A DNA stretch of 64,000 nucleotides, from IMG/VR virus record IMGVR_UViG_3300025610_000002; one strand, given 5' to 3'. This DNA comes from an uncultured virus (IMG/VR IMGVR_UViG_3300025610_000002) (Duplodnaviria; Heunggongvirae; Uroviricota; Caudoviricetes). The translations under genes and the position numbers were made by a program. Below the pieces are notes generated by a model that made no database searches, had not been told where the DNA came from, and was given only the letters and a program-made list of their open reading frames with translations. Shown here piece after piece: positions 25,896 through 34,928 of the stretch. How positions within the stretch are numbered: the stretch's first letter is position 1; the number at the start of each line of letters is the position of its first letter.

Positions 25896-27641
25896 ATGTC
25901 TTACATGGATATTCTCAAACTCAAAGTTGATAGCCAAGAGGCTAAAGACGAGTTGATAGAAGAATTATCCCAAGATTTAGAAGAACTTCAAAACTTTAGA
26001 CCTGAATTGGTTGGCTCAAAGAAAAGACCTAAATCAAAACCAAGTAGAAAGGTCGGTCAAAAAAGAGGCAAGAAAACGAAAATCCCTACAACTATTGGAG
26101 GGAAATACAAGACCTCCGTTAGGCAGGAATTTGAAGTAATCTTAAGAGATATTACAAGAGCCATTGAAGAACAAAAACTAGCCAATCGTGTTAAGGGTGA
26201 ATCTGAAACTGATATTACCTATATGGGTCGTAAAATTAGGTTGACTACTCCGGAAAAGGCACTTCCTAGAATTGCTTTTACTTTTCTAGTTGATTCTGTC
26301 AAAGAAGAATTAGAAAACGCTAAGAACGCCGAAATTAGGGAAACTAAAGAAAGAGATACCGGCCCCAAACCAAACCTCACTCCTAGGGAAGCAACTTCCG
26401 AAGAACAAAAGAAGCGAGTTGAAGAACAAATCAATTCTACAATCAAAGAAGGGGGAGGTAAGAGTGAATTCAATTACGAACTCTTGGAAGAACAAATCAA
26501 CAATCTTCTAGATGTAGAGGACTTCTTGCAATATTTAGAAGAAGGTCGCTCTACCGTCTATCGTAAGAAAATCGGAATGGTTGTTGAGAGCGCAACCAAA
26601 GTCTTTGATTTGTTTGGCTCTCTACTCAAGAGCGGTTCGGATATTAGTGCTATCCTCAAGACAATCCTTGAGGAGTTAAAGGAAACTGAAAGGAAAGCCA
26701 CTAACCTTTTGTCTGAAGATAAATTCAAAAAGCACCCCTATGATGCTGGTGTTCTTCGTGAGTCAATGAAGGCAATCCAAGATTATCTCCGATTTAGAGT
26801 TCAAACCTCAAAGGATTATCACACCCTTACAACGAGGACCGTTAAGGTGCTTAGAAACCTCGCTGAATTTGTAGATAGTGCTTGGAAACACTCTATTGGA
26901 AGAGGACCTATCAGCCTAGATTACAATCTTTTAGGGGACAGTCTTTCGGAACAAAAAAACAATTTTTCTTTCTTGAAGATTCTTGCTAGGAATGACCAAG
27001 AACACATGTATCGCTACGCCCCAGAGAATAAGAACATCTTGATGAAACTTGTTGATATGAAAGGTAAGGGTAAGAGATACATCAAACATAGACCCGGCAA
27101 AGGGGAATCTTTATCCAAAAAACAAGAAAATCAAAACAAACTGTATGATAAGTATCTCAACTTGGGCCTTGGAATTACAAGCGTCTTTACTGATTTCGTT
27201 GAAGGACCCGATAAAGACGAAAAATCTGCAAGTAAATTTCTCCAAGACTTGGAGAGTCAAGGGTTTAAGCAAAGAAAGGTTGCGGGTAAGACAGAATATA
27301 AATTCACTCATGAAGACGAGGATGCAACTTTCACAACTCCTAACGGTAAAGTCTACAAAGTCGGTGATGTAATTGATGCCGAAGAGTATCTTGCTCTTAT
27401 TGAGGAATACAATCCAAAGGACACTCTTCTTGATTATATTGCTAGCCAATACAAGAGAGATGAGGGACGCATTCTAGATGTGCGAATGGATAGGCAACTC
27501 AAAGGGCAATTGGATAAACTCAAAAGTAAAATTGACTCTATGCTTTCTTCTAGAATGGAAGAAAAGCCCGACCTTGAAATGAATGTGCCAACTACATTCA
27601 AAGATGTTAGAGAACAGAGGCTCAAAGAAGAGGAGGAGTAA
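25896..27641 (+). CDS. Large charged helical protein with tag variant (MSYMDILK)
   Basis: GGTGAGG RBS; about 581 aa. Confidence 0.85.
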   Translation: MSYMDILKLKVDSQEAKDELIEELSQDLEELQNFRPELVGSKKRPKSKPSRKVGQKRGKKTKIPTTIGGKYKTSVRQEFEVILRDITRAIEEQKLANRVKGESETDITYMGRKIRLTTPEKALPRIAFTFLVDSVKEELENAKNAEIRETKERDTGPKPNLTPREATSEEQKKRVEEQINSTIKEGGGKSEFNYELLEEQINNLLDVEDFLQYLEEGRSTVYRKKIGMVVESATKVFDLFGSLLKSGSDISAILKTILEELKETERKATNLLSEDKFKKHPYDAGVLRESMKAIQDYLRFRVQTSKDYHTLTTRTVKVLRNLAEFVDSAWKHSIGRGPISLDYNLLGDSLSEQKNNFSFLKILARNDQEHMYRYAPENKNILMKLVDMKGKGKRYIKHRPGKGESLSKKQENQNKLYDKYLNLGLGITSVFTDFVEGPDKDEKSASKFLQDLESQGFKQRKVAGKTEYKFTHEDEDATFTTPNGKVYKVGDVIDAEEYLALIEEYNPKDTLLDYIASQYKRDEGRILDVRMDRQLKGQLDKLKSKIDSMLSSRMEEKPDLEMNVPTTFKDVREQRLKEEEE

Positions 27642-27643
27642 TC

Positions 27644-27991
27644 ATGTGGGAAAGAATTCTCAAAGAAGATGTGCGTAAGGAATACAGTCCGGTGCTTGAC
27701 ACCTTGGATGAAAAGAAGCGAAAGAAACTCAAGAAGACTCTGCAATCAACAGAGCCTACAGAGTATTTCGGACAAGACTTTACTCGCCTTGGTGAGTTGA
27801 TTGACATGCTCAAGGAATTAGAGTTTGTCAAATCGGACGAAAAACTCAACAAGAGATTCAAGTCCATTGACGAAAGGAACATTGATATGTTGGCCCTCTC
27901 TAGCAAACTCCGTAAGGAATACGAATTGTTGTATCGCCAACTTCGTGAAATCGTTTATCCAAAGAGAAAGGGGGATTTGAGAGATGAGTGA
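27644..27991 (+). CDS. Tagged helical protein (MWERILK)
   Basis: GGAGGAG RBS. Confidence 0.8.
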   Translation: MWERILKEDVRKEYSPVLDTLDEKKRKKLKKTLQSTEPTEYFGQDFTRLGELIDMLKELEFVKSDEKLNKRFKSIDERNIDMLALSSKLRKEYELLYRQLREIVYPKRKGDLRDE

Positions 27992-28208
27992 TACACAAGA
28001 AGAAATGTTGGGTGTGTTGAAGGCATTGGTTGAGCGTATTCAGTCGCTTGAGAAGACCGTGTATCATCAAGACAATTTGTTGATGAAGTCCGGATTCGTT
28101 GTTGCTCAAACTCCTGTTCCTTCTATGAATGCATCTACTATGCCCACAGATGATATGATTCACAAAATGTCGTGGGACGACATTGAGAAATTTGTAAACG
28201 GACGGTGA
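27984..28208 (+). CDS. Small scaffold-like protein with C-terminal tag (MSWDDIEK)
   Basis: N-terminal coiled coil, LMKS and IHKM sites, C-terminus resembles that of the protease/scaffold. Confidence 0.75.
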   Translation: MSDTQEEMLGVLKALVERIQSLEKTVYHQDNLLMKSGFVVAQTPVPSMNASTMPTDDMIHKMSWDDIEKFVNGR

Positions 28209-28212
28209 TACC

Positions 28213-28440
28213 ATGCCCGAAAAACTGACGAGAGAAGAAGCACTAGTGGCTAAGACGATTGAGCAAGTGCGTATTGTGAAGGAACTTATTCAGCAAGAGA
28301 ATGAAGTTATGTTACCTTATGATGATGGGATGGAAGAAGTCAAGGTCAAGCGACCTAAGGCTACAACCACCAAAGTTACCAATGAAGGTAGCGATGAGAA
28401 CGGATTCGGTTCTGCTGGCGAAACTGTTGAATTCAAATGA
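28213..28440 (+). CDS. Small hypothetical protein
   Basis: GGTGA RBS, 75 aa. Confidence 0.7.
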   Translation: MPEKLTREEALVAKTIEQVRIVKELIQQENEVMLPYDDGMEEVKVKRPKATTTKVTNEGSDENGFGSAGETVEFK

Positions 28441-28449
28441 GTGGTCTAA

Positions 28450-30987
28450 ATGGCCTCTGCTGGTTTGATGGTGGGCAAGGTCAAAGCGCCTGCCTCGGAT
28501 GAAATTCTTTCTCTCTTTGAAAAGGTCCGAGTTGCTTACCTTTCAGCCAAAGAGGACAAGAAAGAATATGGCGGTCGTTGGAGAAACGCCTTAGAAGAAA
28601 TTGAAGAAGCCTTTGATTCTCTTTCCACTCTTGGAAAGGAATTGAAGAATTTCTTGGACGAAAGGCATCTTAACGACGATGATGCAAAGGACCCGGAAAG
28701 CACAACTGCTCGTATTATTTACGAGGCTATCAAAGACATGCGATTTGAATCCGACAAGGTGCAAGACCCATTCGCAGACCGTTTTAAGGGCGATGTGTTG
28801 GAAGCATTACTCAGCGATATTGGCATGATGGTGAAATTTATTCACTATGCTATTCGTTCCGATGATAAAGCATTATCGGGGAAGTTCTACGAATCTAAAG
28901 AGTTGCAACCGGATGAGATTACGAATGGTTTAGATGGTCTTGACTTAGAAGTTGATGATGTTCCTCTTTACATCATTGAACATTATGGCGACGATAAAGA
29001 TTCTAGAAAAGTAGAATCTCAATACAAGAAAGCCAAAGCAATTCTTGATGAAATGATTCTTTCCGAATCTTCCGAAGAGGAATTAGAAGAATTGGAAGAA
29101 GTGGATTTGCATAAGGCAGAAAAATCCGAAAAGGAAAAGGCCGTAAGTCAATTCATTATTCCAAACAAGCCGATGTATCGTATCTTTGATATTGACGACA
29201 TGAAGGAACTTAAAGGATTCAGCGGAGAATATGTTGTTCAAGAAAAATACGATGGTATGCGTATTCAAATTCATAAGATTGACAACAAGGTTCAAATTTT
29301 CTCCTACAACAAGAAAGACATTACAGAGAAGTGTTCTTCTCAAGTCAAGGAGTTGCAAAAGAAATCCTACGGTGATTGCATCCTTGATGCAGAACTGATT
29401 TTGTTTGATGGGGACAAGGCCCTCCATCGTGCCGATACAGTAGCCCATGTTTTCCAAAATAAATACAAAGAGGCTAGACTCCGAGCGCATGTTTTTGATA
29501 TTATGCGCCATGAGGCTCAAGACCTTACGGATACGCCTCTGCGTGACCGAATCAACATTCTCTTCAACAATTATGCCGTTAAGTCGTCTTCGGATTTGGT
29601 CTTCCCTTCAAAGAAGGATACGAGGATTGCTGACTCCTTGAAGGACATTGACGATTACGCCAAGGAAATTATGGACATGCCTACGGCAGAAGGCGTGGTC
29701 ATTAAGGACATTGAATCTACTTATTTCATCGGGACAAAGAAGAATCCAAAGTGGATTAAGTGGAAGAAGTTTGTTGATTTGGACATGTTGGTTTTGGATA
29801 AGAAATCAACAAAGTCGGGCTTGTATTCCTACTCTCTTGGCGCTGGTCCCGTTGCTGATGAAGACGAGGGCAAGCACATTGTAGAATACGAAGGCCGACG
29901 ATACATGAATGTTGGAAAGGCACTTAACACCAAGATTAAGGCAGATGTTGGACAAATCATTCGTGTGAAGGTTGACGAGGTTAGAGAAGATAACGGAAGA
30001 TTCACTCTTTATTCGGCTAAGGTTGTAGAGGTTCCCGAAGTGGAATTACCGGATAAGATTGTCACTTTACAGATGCTTTCGGGAGATACTAAGCCTTCTA
30101 TCAAATACAAGGCATTGTCCTTGAAGAAAGGCATTGGTATTACTGATGGTATTCATGGAACTGCAATGATTATTGCAAAGAGTATGGATGGGTTTACTAT
30201 TTACGGTTTCCAAGAGAATAATCTCATGGCTAAGAATGCTCTCCAAGACTTGGACATGTGGAAACAAGAAGCGGAGCAGATGATGAAAACAATGCAGAGT
30301 AATGTTCGCTCCGCCGTTATTCGTTATGTCAAGGACGCCACTTCTAGAAATAAAGAAGTGACAGTCAAAGAGTTGGATGAATTCTTATCCCGCAACTATG
30401 CTAATGAGTATTCTAGTTTGTTTGAGAACAAGCAAGACTTCCTTAAATTCCTTAAGGGGCAAAAAGAATTGAGTCATTTCTTGGATGCTAGTGAATACAT
30501 TACTGTGCGGGGCAACAAAGTCTTTGTTGATGAGAGTGTTTTACAAAAAGAAGAGGAGCCGTCTAAATTCAAGGTGTATCTTCGTAAAGATGGCAACTTG
30601 AATTTCTCTGTTCGTCATAAAGGTGAGAATCTTATGTGGACGATTGACTTACAGACCGACGATGACATTTTCTCTTTGTTCGGTAAAGCAGTCAAGTATC
30701 CTGCTGAGATTTCCGAACAACAAGATACTCATGACCTCTTAGATGAAGGCGATGTTACCGTTGGCGTTCAGCGACATGGATACCACGAATACATCTTGAA
30801 CGGTAACAAGTTTGAAACCAAACTACACTTCCGAGTTGTAGAGATGGATGGTGAGAAGACTTGGATTGCTTGGACGGGCTATGAGCAAGACCCTGTTGAC
30901 CCCGATACAGATGAAGGGGTATGGAATATCTATAATGATAAGTTCAAAAGTATAAAATTGGATAAAAATACGGATAAGGTTAAATAG
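28450..30987 (+). CDS. Multidomain ATP-dependent DNA ligase in the head module
   Basis: Ligase motifs QEKYDGMR (I), ILDAEL (III), HVFDIM (IIIa), EGVVIK (IV), WIKWKK (V); long acidic N-terminal and extra C-terminal domains. Confidence 0.9.
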   Translation: MASAGLMVGKVKAPASDEILSLFEKVRVAYLSAKEDKKEYGGRWRNALEEIEEAFDSLSTLGKELKNFLDERHLNDDDAKDPESTTARIIYEAIKDMRFESDKVQDPFADRFKGDVLEALLSDIGMMVKFIHYAIRSDDKALSGKFYESKELQPDEITNGLDGLDLEVDDVPLYIIEHYGDDKDSRKVESQYKKAKAILDEMILSESSEEELEELEEVDLHKAEKSEKEKAVSQFIIPNKPMYRIFDIDDMKELKGFSGEYVVQEKYDGMRIQIHKIDNKVQIFSYNKKDITEKCSSQVKELQKKSYGDCILDAELILFDGDKALHRADTVAHVFQNKYKEARLRAHVFDIMRHEAQDLTDTPLRDRINILFNNYAVKSSSDLVFPSKKDTRIADSLKDIDDYAKEIMDMPTAEGVVIKDIESTYFIGTKKNPKWIKWKKFVDLDMLVLDKKSTKSGLYSYSLGAGPVADEDEGKHIVEYEGRRYMNVGKALNTKIKADVGQIIRVKVDEVREDNGRFTLYSAKVVEVPEVELPDKIVTLQMLSGDTKPSIKYKALSLKKGIGITDGIHGTAMIIAKSMDGFTIYGFQENNLMAKNALQDLDMWKQEAEQMMKTMQSNVRSAVIRYVKDATSRNKEVTVKELDEFLSRNYANEYSSLFENKQDFLKFLKGQKELSHFLDASEYITVRGNKVFVDESVLQKEEEPSKFKVYLRKDGNLNFSVRHKGENLMWTIDLQTDDDIFSLFGKAVKYPAEISEQQDTHDLLDEGDVTVGVQRHGYHEYILNGNKFETKLHFRVVEMDGEKTWIAWTGYEQDPVDPDTDEGVWNIYNDKFKSIKLDKNTDKVK
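30973..30987 (+). promoter_or_regulatory. Putative late promoter (BRE/TATA) for the protease-MCP operon
   Basis: GATAAGGTTAAATAG about 30 nt upstream of the ATG at 31016. Confidence 0.5.
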
Positions 30988-31015
30988 TCAATTAGAGAAC
31001 GAGGAGTTGAGAAGA

Positions 31016-32185
31016 ATGTCTTCCATCGTTAAGGCTGAAACTCATGAGGATTTCAAAATCATCAAGAGCGACAAACTAATGATTGGGGGATATGCTTCTA
31101 TTGAAATGGTGGACAAGCAAAACGACCTCATTACCCTAGAGTCATTGAAAGAAGCCGTTAAAAAATTCATGGAGCAGAAGAGTTTTCGGAATGTAATGAC
31201 CAATCACTCAAATGTTCAAGTCGGAGAAGTAATTGACAGTTACAGAGATACAAGCGGGAGGCTATGGAAAACAGAAGTGGATGATGTTGGCTTCTTCGTA
31301 GTGATTAAACTCCGTGATGATATTGAAAAAGCAAAAGAAATTGGACGAGGCATTCGCAAAGGAACATTGAGGTCTTTTAGCATAGGAGGACAGGCGCTAC
31401 AGAAAGTGAAAAAGCGAAGTGAAGAGTTGGGCGAATACAACGAGATTAGCAAACTTGAACTTCATGAAGTGACCATCTGTGAAAAAGGAATCAACCCCGA
31501 AGCGAAATTTGACATTTTGAAACAACAAAAGGTGAAAGACATGACGAAATTGGAAAAAGCATTGGCGGAATTGGACACTCTTCTCGCAGAAGTGAACACT
31601 CTCCGTAAGGAAGAAGAAGAAGAACCCGCTATGGAAAACATGGGCGGAGAAGAAGAAATGATGGACATTGAAGCCTACGAGCGAGCAGAAAAGGGCGCAA
31701 AGCCTACTGTTGACGGTGGCTCTTTGGAAACCGGCGAGCCAGCAGACCTCGTTGTTGTGTCCGGTGGCCGACCAACCGGTTCCTCTCAAGCCGCAGAGGA
31801 AGGTCAGGTTAGCAAAGCCTTTGACAACGCTGAATTTGGAACGCTCAACCTCTCCAATGAGAACATTGAGAAGGCTTACGCACAATTCCGTGCCGAGCAG
31901 ATGGAAGAGTTGGCTCTCAAGAACCTTGAGTCCACCTTCGCTAAGAGATTTGAGGCTGAGATGGCTAGCCGTGAAGAAATGGTTGCTAAGTCGGAATACG
32001 ATGCTCAGTCCGAGATTGCTTCTCTCCGAGAGCAATTCTCTTCGCTCCGCAAGTCGTTAGAGAACGGCGCACAAGAAATTCGCAAGGCTAACGAAGCCGC
32101 CCAAGAAACCACGACCCTTTCCTTGGATGAGGTCGCTGAAATGTCTTGGAGCGACATTCACAAGATGGCCAGCGGAAACTATTGA
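31016..32185 (+). CDS. Prohead protease (HK97/XkdF-like) fused to scaffold
   Basis: IGGYASIEMVDKQND, MTNHS..VG, GTLRSFSIGG, LHEVTICEKGINP; acidic coiled-coil C-terminal half; directly upstream of MCP. Confidence 0.9.
   Translation: MSSIVKAETHEDFKIIKSDKLMIGGYASIEMVDKQNDLITLESLKEAVKKFMEQKSFRNVMTNHSNVQVGEVIDSYRDTSGRLWKTEVDDVGFFVVIKLRDDIEKAKEIGRGIRKGTLRSFSIGGQALQKVKKRSEELGEYNEISKLELHEVTICEKGINPEAKFDILKQQKVKDMTKLEKALAELDTLLAEVNTLRKEEEEEPAMENMGGEEEMMDIEAYERAEKGAKPTVDGGSLETGEPADLVVVSGGRPTGSSQAAEEGQVSKAFDNAEFGTLNLSNENIEKAYAQFRAEQMEELALKNLESTFAKRFEAEMASREEMVAKSEYDAQSEIASLREQFSSLRKSLENGAQEIRKANEAAQETTTLSLDEVAEMSWSDIHKMASGNY
31541..32185 (+). CDS. Nested in-frame scaffold protein (internal start)
   Basis: AAGGTGA RBS immediately upstream of in-frame ATG MTKLEKAL at the protease/scaffold boundary. 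Confidence 0.55.
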   Translation: MTKLEKALAELDTLLAEVNTLRKEEEEEPAMENMGGEEEMMDIEAYERAEKGAKPTVDGGSLETGEPADLVVVSGGRPTGSSQAAEEGQVSKAFDNAEFGTLNLSNENIEKAYAQFRAEQMEELALKNLESTFAKRFEAEMASREEMVAKSEYDAQSEIASLREQFSSLRKSLENGAQEIRKANEAAQETTTLSLDEVAEMSWSDIHKMASGNY

Positions 32186-32196
32186 GGTGATGAAAA

Positions 32197-33528
32197 ATGG
32201 GTTACATTAACACGATTAGAGATTTAGAAGCAGCAACTTACGGACTACCAAACTTTGGCGGCAACTCCTTGCTTAAGCAAGCAGGTGTTGTGCAGGGCCT
32301 TCACACGGCTCACGACATTGCCGATGCAAGCGCAAGCGGTGTTTCCGGTATTGGGACCACCACCGGCATGTATAATGTCATCTACGGACAAAAGGTTTGG
32401 TCTATGCTGAACCGTGAAGTCAACGCCCTCGCTATGCTCTCCAAGAGAGCCTACGCTTCCAGCGGTTGGCGAATCCTCAAGAGTCGTCCATTCGGTGGTA
32501 GCGCCGCTACTCTTACCTTGCAAAGCGACGGCACGGGCGGCGGCATTGGTTCCGACGACCCACAAGCAGACGAGATTGGTGGTGTTCCTGAGAACGCCGG
32601 TCTTTCTACTGCCGCTGACGGTCTTGGTAGCATGGCTCCAACCTACGCTCAACTCTTCATGAGTCCAAAGACTGTGGCTCATCAGTTTGACATTTCCGAA
32701 CTCGCTATGGAGATGGCTCAAATTGACGATGGCCTCGGTGACATTCGGGCTATCATCCGTGAAGACATGGGTAAGGCTCACGCCGAAGCACAGAACAAGA
32801 TGCTGGTTATGCCTCTTGAGTTCTACGGTGAATCTTCCGCTCTTGGCGACATTGAGCGAAACTACACCTCGCTCTTGAAGATTGTTTCCAGCCGAGCAGA
32901 GATTCTTGCTTTGGACGCTGGCGTTCTCGCTACTGACACGGCTTCCGCTACCAACGCCCTTGGTAAAATCTACGGCGAGGAGCGATTTACTGCCGCTTCT
33001 TTCCTTGACTCCGAAGTTGACTCCGGGACCTACGCCGCTTCTTCGGTTCGTGCTTTGACGCTGACCAAGATTAACGACATGATTCGCCGTCTGCGAGTCG
33101 CTGGTGGTTCGCCCAAGGTTATCCTTACGGGCTACGATACCATCCAAGCAATCGCTGACTTGCTCCAAGCACAAGAGCGATTCATGGACCGCAAGGAAGT
33201 TATTCCTACCGTGAACGGTGTGCGTGGTATCAAGGGTCAAGAAGTCGGTTTCCGTGTGGCTACCTACTACGACATTCCTCTTATCCCTGTGAAGGAAATG
33301 ACCTCCACCACCAACTCGGCTGACACCGGTATTAGCGACATGCTTTTCCTTGACACGGACCATCTTTGGCTCCAAGTCATGAAGCCTACGCAATACTTTG
33401 AAGACGGTATTTCCAACGGGAACCCATTCGGTGTGGGTCGCCTTGGGAACCAAGCCCTTTACCGCACCATTGCGGAAACGGGTTGTTCCTTCTTCTTGGG
33501 CCAAGGTAAGATTACGAACATCGCTTGA
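32197..33528 (+). CDS. Major capsid protein (HK97 fold)
   Basis: Follows the protease; strongest codon bias in the window; YGQKVWSMLNRE, PKTVAHQF, TYYDIPLIP, FLDTDHL patterns typical of archaeal tailed-virus MCPs. Confidence 0.9.
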   Translation: MGYINTIRDLEAATYGLPNFGGNSLLKQAGVVQGLHTAHDIADASASGVSGIGTTTGMYNVIYGQKVWSMLNREVNALAMLSKRAYASSGWRILKSRPFGGSAATLTLQSDGTGGGIGSDDPQADEIGGVPENAGLSTAADGLGSMAPTYAQLFMSPKTVAHQFDISELAMEMAQIDDGLGDIRAIIREDMGKAHAEAQNKMLVMPLEFYGESSALGDIERNYTSLLKIVSSRAEILALDAGVLATDTASATNALGKIYGEERFTAASFLDSEVDSGTYAASSVRALTLTKINDMIRRLRVAGGSPKVILTGYDTIQAIADLLQAQERFMDRKEVIPTVNGVRGIKGQEVGFRVATYYDIPLIPVKEMTSTTNSADTGISDMLFLDTDHLWLQVMKPTQYFEDGISNGNPFGVGRLGNQALYRTIAETGCSFFLGQGKITNIA

Positions 33529-33539
33529 GGTGATTAAGC

Positions 33540-33806
33540 ATGGCTTTTTCATCTACGATTACCGAAACCACGGTGTTTGGTAACAAGCGTGTTGCATACG
33601 GGACCTTCACCAATGGTGGTTCCGATACCGGCGGCGACATTGAAACCGGTTTGGACCGAGTGGATGCTATTCACCTCGTCCACTCCGGGTCTGCCGTTGT
33701 TGCTTCGGCTCCCGTTGTAAACGAAACCTTCCCATTGGCTAGCGGTGATGTGACCATTGTAACGGTCGCTGATGCTGACGGCTTTTGGATTGCTTACGGG
33801 GCTTGA
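33540..33806 (+). CDS. Small beta-rich virion protein (possible capsid decoration/cement)
   Basis: Right after MCP; Gly/Thr/Val-rich; GAGGTGA RBS. Confidence 0.65.
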   Translation: MAFSSTITETTVFGNKRVAYGTFTNGGSDTGGDIETGLDRVDAIHLVHSGSAVVASAPVVNETFPLASGDVTIVTVADADGFWIAYGA

Positions 33807-33818
33807 GGAGGGTCTTAA

Positions 33819-34136
33819 TTGGCGACCATCAAATTAAATGATGATTGCGAATGGGACTCTCGGCAACTTCAAGGTAAAGAAGGCAAATTTGAAGTTACGA
33901 AGGCTGAATCCATTGAGGTTTCAGCCTTCGTAGCCTCTCACTACTACGCAAGCCACCGCTTAGATGTGGTGTTTGCTGAAAGTGACCGAAAGGAATTGTC
34001 TTCTCTGCCCGATAGAGAGTTGTCTATGTTAGCGGTTGCATTACAATGCGAGCCTAGCGAAGTCGTCAATCTGCTTCTTCCTAAGAAGAAGGCCCCTCGT
34101 AAGAAGGCCTCTTCAAAGAAAGAGCAATCCGAATGA
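33819..34136 (+). CDS. Hypothetical protein with basic C-terminal tail
   Basis: TTG start after GGAGG. Confidence 0.7.
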   Translation: MATIKLNDDCEWDSRQLQGKEGKFEVTKAESIEVSAFVASHYYASHRLDVVFAESDRKELSSLPDRELSMLAVALQCEPSEVVNLLLPKKKAPRKKASSKKEQSE

Positions 34137-34141
34137 AGGAC

Positions 34142-34156
34142 AAAACCTTCATTAAT
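34142..34156 (+). promoter_or_regulatory. Putative promoter for the membrane/GTPase operon
   Basis: AAAACCTTCATTAAT about 35 nt upstream of the ATG at 34188. Confidence 0.5.
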
Positions 34157-34187
34157 GGATGATTGATAGTCCTCTTTAGGTGATAAC

Positions 34188-34511
34188 ATGCCCGACGCAT
34201 CTAGGTCTAGTGGAGTTTTGACTGCATCAGCAGTCATTGTAGCAAATCCGTGTAACTTGAAGAGTGTTCACATCACTTGCAGAGCCAACGGCGCTGACGA
34301 ATACATCTTGAAGATTTTTGATTCCGAGGATGCTACCTTAACAGGTAACACGGAATTGGTGCGATTTGTATTCAATGGCGACTCGTCTGCAAACAATGTG
34401 GAGGCTGACATGCACGGTGTCCTCGCTAGAGAAGGACTCTACGCTCAAGTTACTGCCCCTGCTTCACCCGATGCCGCTTCACACTTCGCTTTTAGTGTGG
34501 AGTTCAACTGA
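34188..34511 (+). CDS. Small beta-sandwich protein
   Basis: AGGTGA RBS; beta-strand pattern. Confidence 0.75.
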   Translation: MPDASRSSGVLTASAVIVANPCNLKSVHITCRANGADEYILKIFDSEDATLTGNTELVRFVFNGDSSANNVEADMHGVLAREGLYAQVTAPASPDAASHFAFSVEFN

Positions 34512-34520
34512 GGTGAAACA

Positions 34521-34919
34521 ATGGCGGCTTTGAACGCAGATACAAGGCTCATCATGACGATTCTTTTCGTTGGAGTGGTGAGTGGTGCGAATGTTTTCTT
34601 CTACGCTCAGTATGGTTCCAATTTCCCCTACACTCATTTGGCTCATGGAGTCCTATTCGGTCTTATTACTGTCGGTGCTATTCTCATCATGAAGGCAGTC
34701 AACGACTTGTTCTTGAACGACTACATTGAACAGGGCTTACTTGACCGAAGAATTGAGGCTTATTGGAAGTTGAAGACCAAGGAAGAACAACAGAGAAAGC
34801 GTATGCAAGAATCTCTCAAGACCTTCCAAACGGACTTTAACACGACGAGGGTTCCCGAAATTTCTACTTATAACAACGACAACGAATTAGGAGCAGAATT
34901 CTTAGCCTCTTTGCAATGA
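34521..34919 (+). CDS. Two-TM membrane protein with C-terminal coiled coil
   Basis: Hydrophobic segments LIMTILFVGVVSGANVFFY and GVLFGLITVGAILIM. Confidence 0.85.
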   Translation: MAALNADTRLIMTILFVGVVSGANVFFYAQYGSNFPYTHLAHGVLFGLITVGAILIMKAVNDLFLNDYIEQGLLDRRIEAYWKLKTKEEQQRKRMQESLKTFQTDFNTTRVPEISTYNNDNELGAEFLASLQ

Positions 34920-34928
34920 GGTGATTGA

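Noticed and set aside
32245..33552. 435-aa antisense ORF over the major capsid gene
   Set aside because: Shadow of strong codon bias in MCP; no RBS and no protein motif
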